A DNA stretch of 64,000 nt, from positions 6,495 through 70,494 of the forward strand of contig CAYMXP010000001.1 of NCBI GenBank assembly GCA_964394425.1. The letters run 5' to 3'. Position numbers and translations under genes: made by a program. This stretch comes from an uncultured Chryseobacterium sp. (GTDB lineage: Bacteria > Bacteroidota > Bacteroidia > Flavobacteriales_F > PHOS-HE28). A model generated the notes under the pieces. It did no database searches, was not told where the DNA came from, and saw nothing but the letters and a program-made list of their open reading frames with translations. Each line of letters opens with the position of its first letter. Within the stretch, counting starts at the first letter, position 1. This document shows positions 63,502 to 64,000 of the stretch, in pieces.

Positions 63502-63983
63502 AGCACGCCCTCCAGTTGTCCGATGAAGTTCTTCAGCGCGGTGCGGCCCCGGTAGATGTACACCTTCACCTGGTCGAGGCTCAGCCCGGCGATGCCGGCG
63601 ATCTCCTCGTAGCTGTACCCTTCCAGGTCGCGCAGCAGCACCACGCTGCGCTGCACGGCGGGCAGGGTGGCCAGGGCCTGTTCCAGGATCTTCTGGAGAT
63701 CGGGTTCGCCCTGCGCGGTCCAGCGGAGCTCCTCGTGGTGCTCCTCCATGCGCGTGCTGCGCGCGGCCTTGCGCACCTCGTCCACCATCACGTGATGGGC
63801 GGTGGTGAACAGATAGCTTTTCGCCTTCATGGGATCCACTTCATCCACCTTCATCCACAGCCGCGCGAAGCTCTCCTGCACCACGTCCTTCGCCCGGTCC
63901 ACATCGCGCAGGTGCTTGAGCGCGAAGCGGTACACGCCGTCGCTGTGCGCATCCACGCAGCGGTTGTAGTCGTCAACGGTCAT
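63498..63983 (-). CDS. ECF (sigma-70 family group 4) RNA polymerase sigma factor
   Basis: 161 aa. Region 2 DVVQESFARLW. Region 4 HTH SYEEIAGIAGLSLDQVKVYIYRGRTALK. Confidence 0.92.
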   Translation of the reverse strand: MTVDDYNRCVDAHSDGVYRFALKHLRDVDRAKDVVQESFARLWMKVDEVDPMKAKSYLFTTAHHVMVDEVRKAARSTRMEEHHEELRWTAQGEPDLQKILEQALATLPAVQRSVVLLRDLEGYSYEEIAGIAGLSLDQVKVYIYRGRTALKNFIGQLEGVL

Positions 63984-64000
63984 GCGCGCACTTGGGCCGT

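Overview
High-GC (about two-thirds G+C by eye) chromosomal segment that looks like a Bacteroidota/FCB-group bacterium with a type IX secretion system (T9SS). The calls rest on many proteins ending in T9SS-type C-terminal domains, Bacteroidetes-style TAnnTTTG promoter boxes and a bacilliredoxin. I call about 55 protein genes. They are mostly housekeeping genes (cysS 3' end, polA, gmk, nadD, udk, recJ, tadA, trpS, gatC, kbl, purQ, acyl-CoA carboxyltransferase, yicC, yebC). Interspersed are an unusually dense set of secreted or T9SS cargo proteins, four sensory systems and one ECF sigma cluster. I found no rRNA, tRNA, CRISPR array, transposase or integrase. Because GC3 is very high, nearly every real gene casts a long antisense shadow ORF in the supplied track, and several track ORFs carry spurious N-terminal extensions; I trimmed or rejected these. 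Best leads: (1) a ~245-aa C-terminal module, not a recognisable T9SS CTD, shared by two otherwise unrelated giant secreted proteins; it ends in dockerin-like repeats and its 3' ends are almost identical at nucleotide level. (2) A terminator-bounded operon of two tandem LytTR regulators, a beta-propeller LytS-type kinase and a translationally coupled acidic lipoprotein, with an orphan CTD-like mini-protein upstream. (3) A ~1-kb low-GC cargo cassette bracketed by an imperfect duplication of the tadA 3' end. (4) A secreted PHM-like copper monooxygenase carrying a CXXCH heme motif. (5) Several small repeat or palindrome elements in promoters and spacers. All family assignments come from motif recognition by eye; no database search was run.
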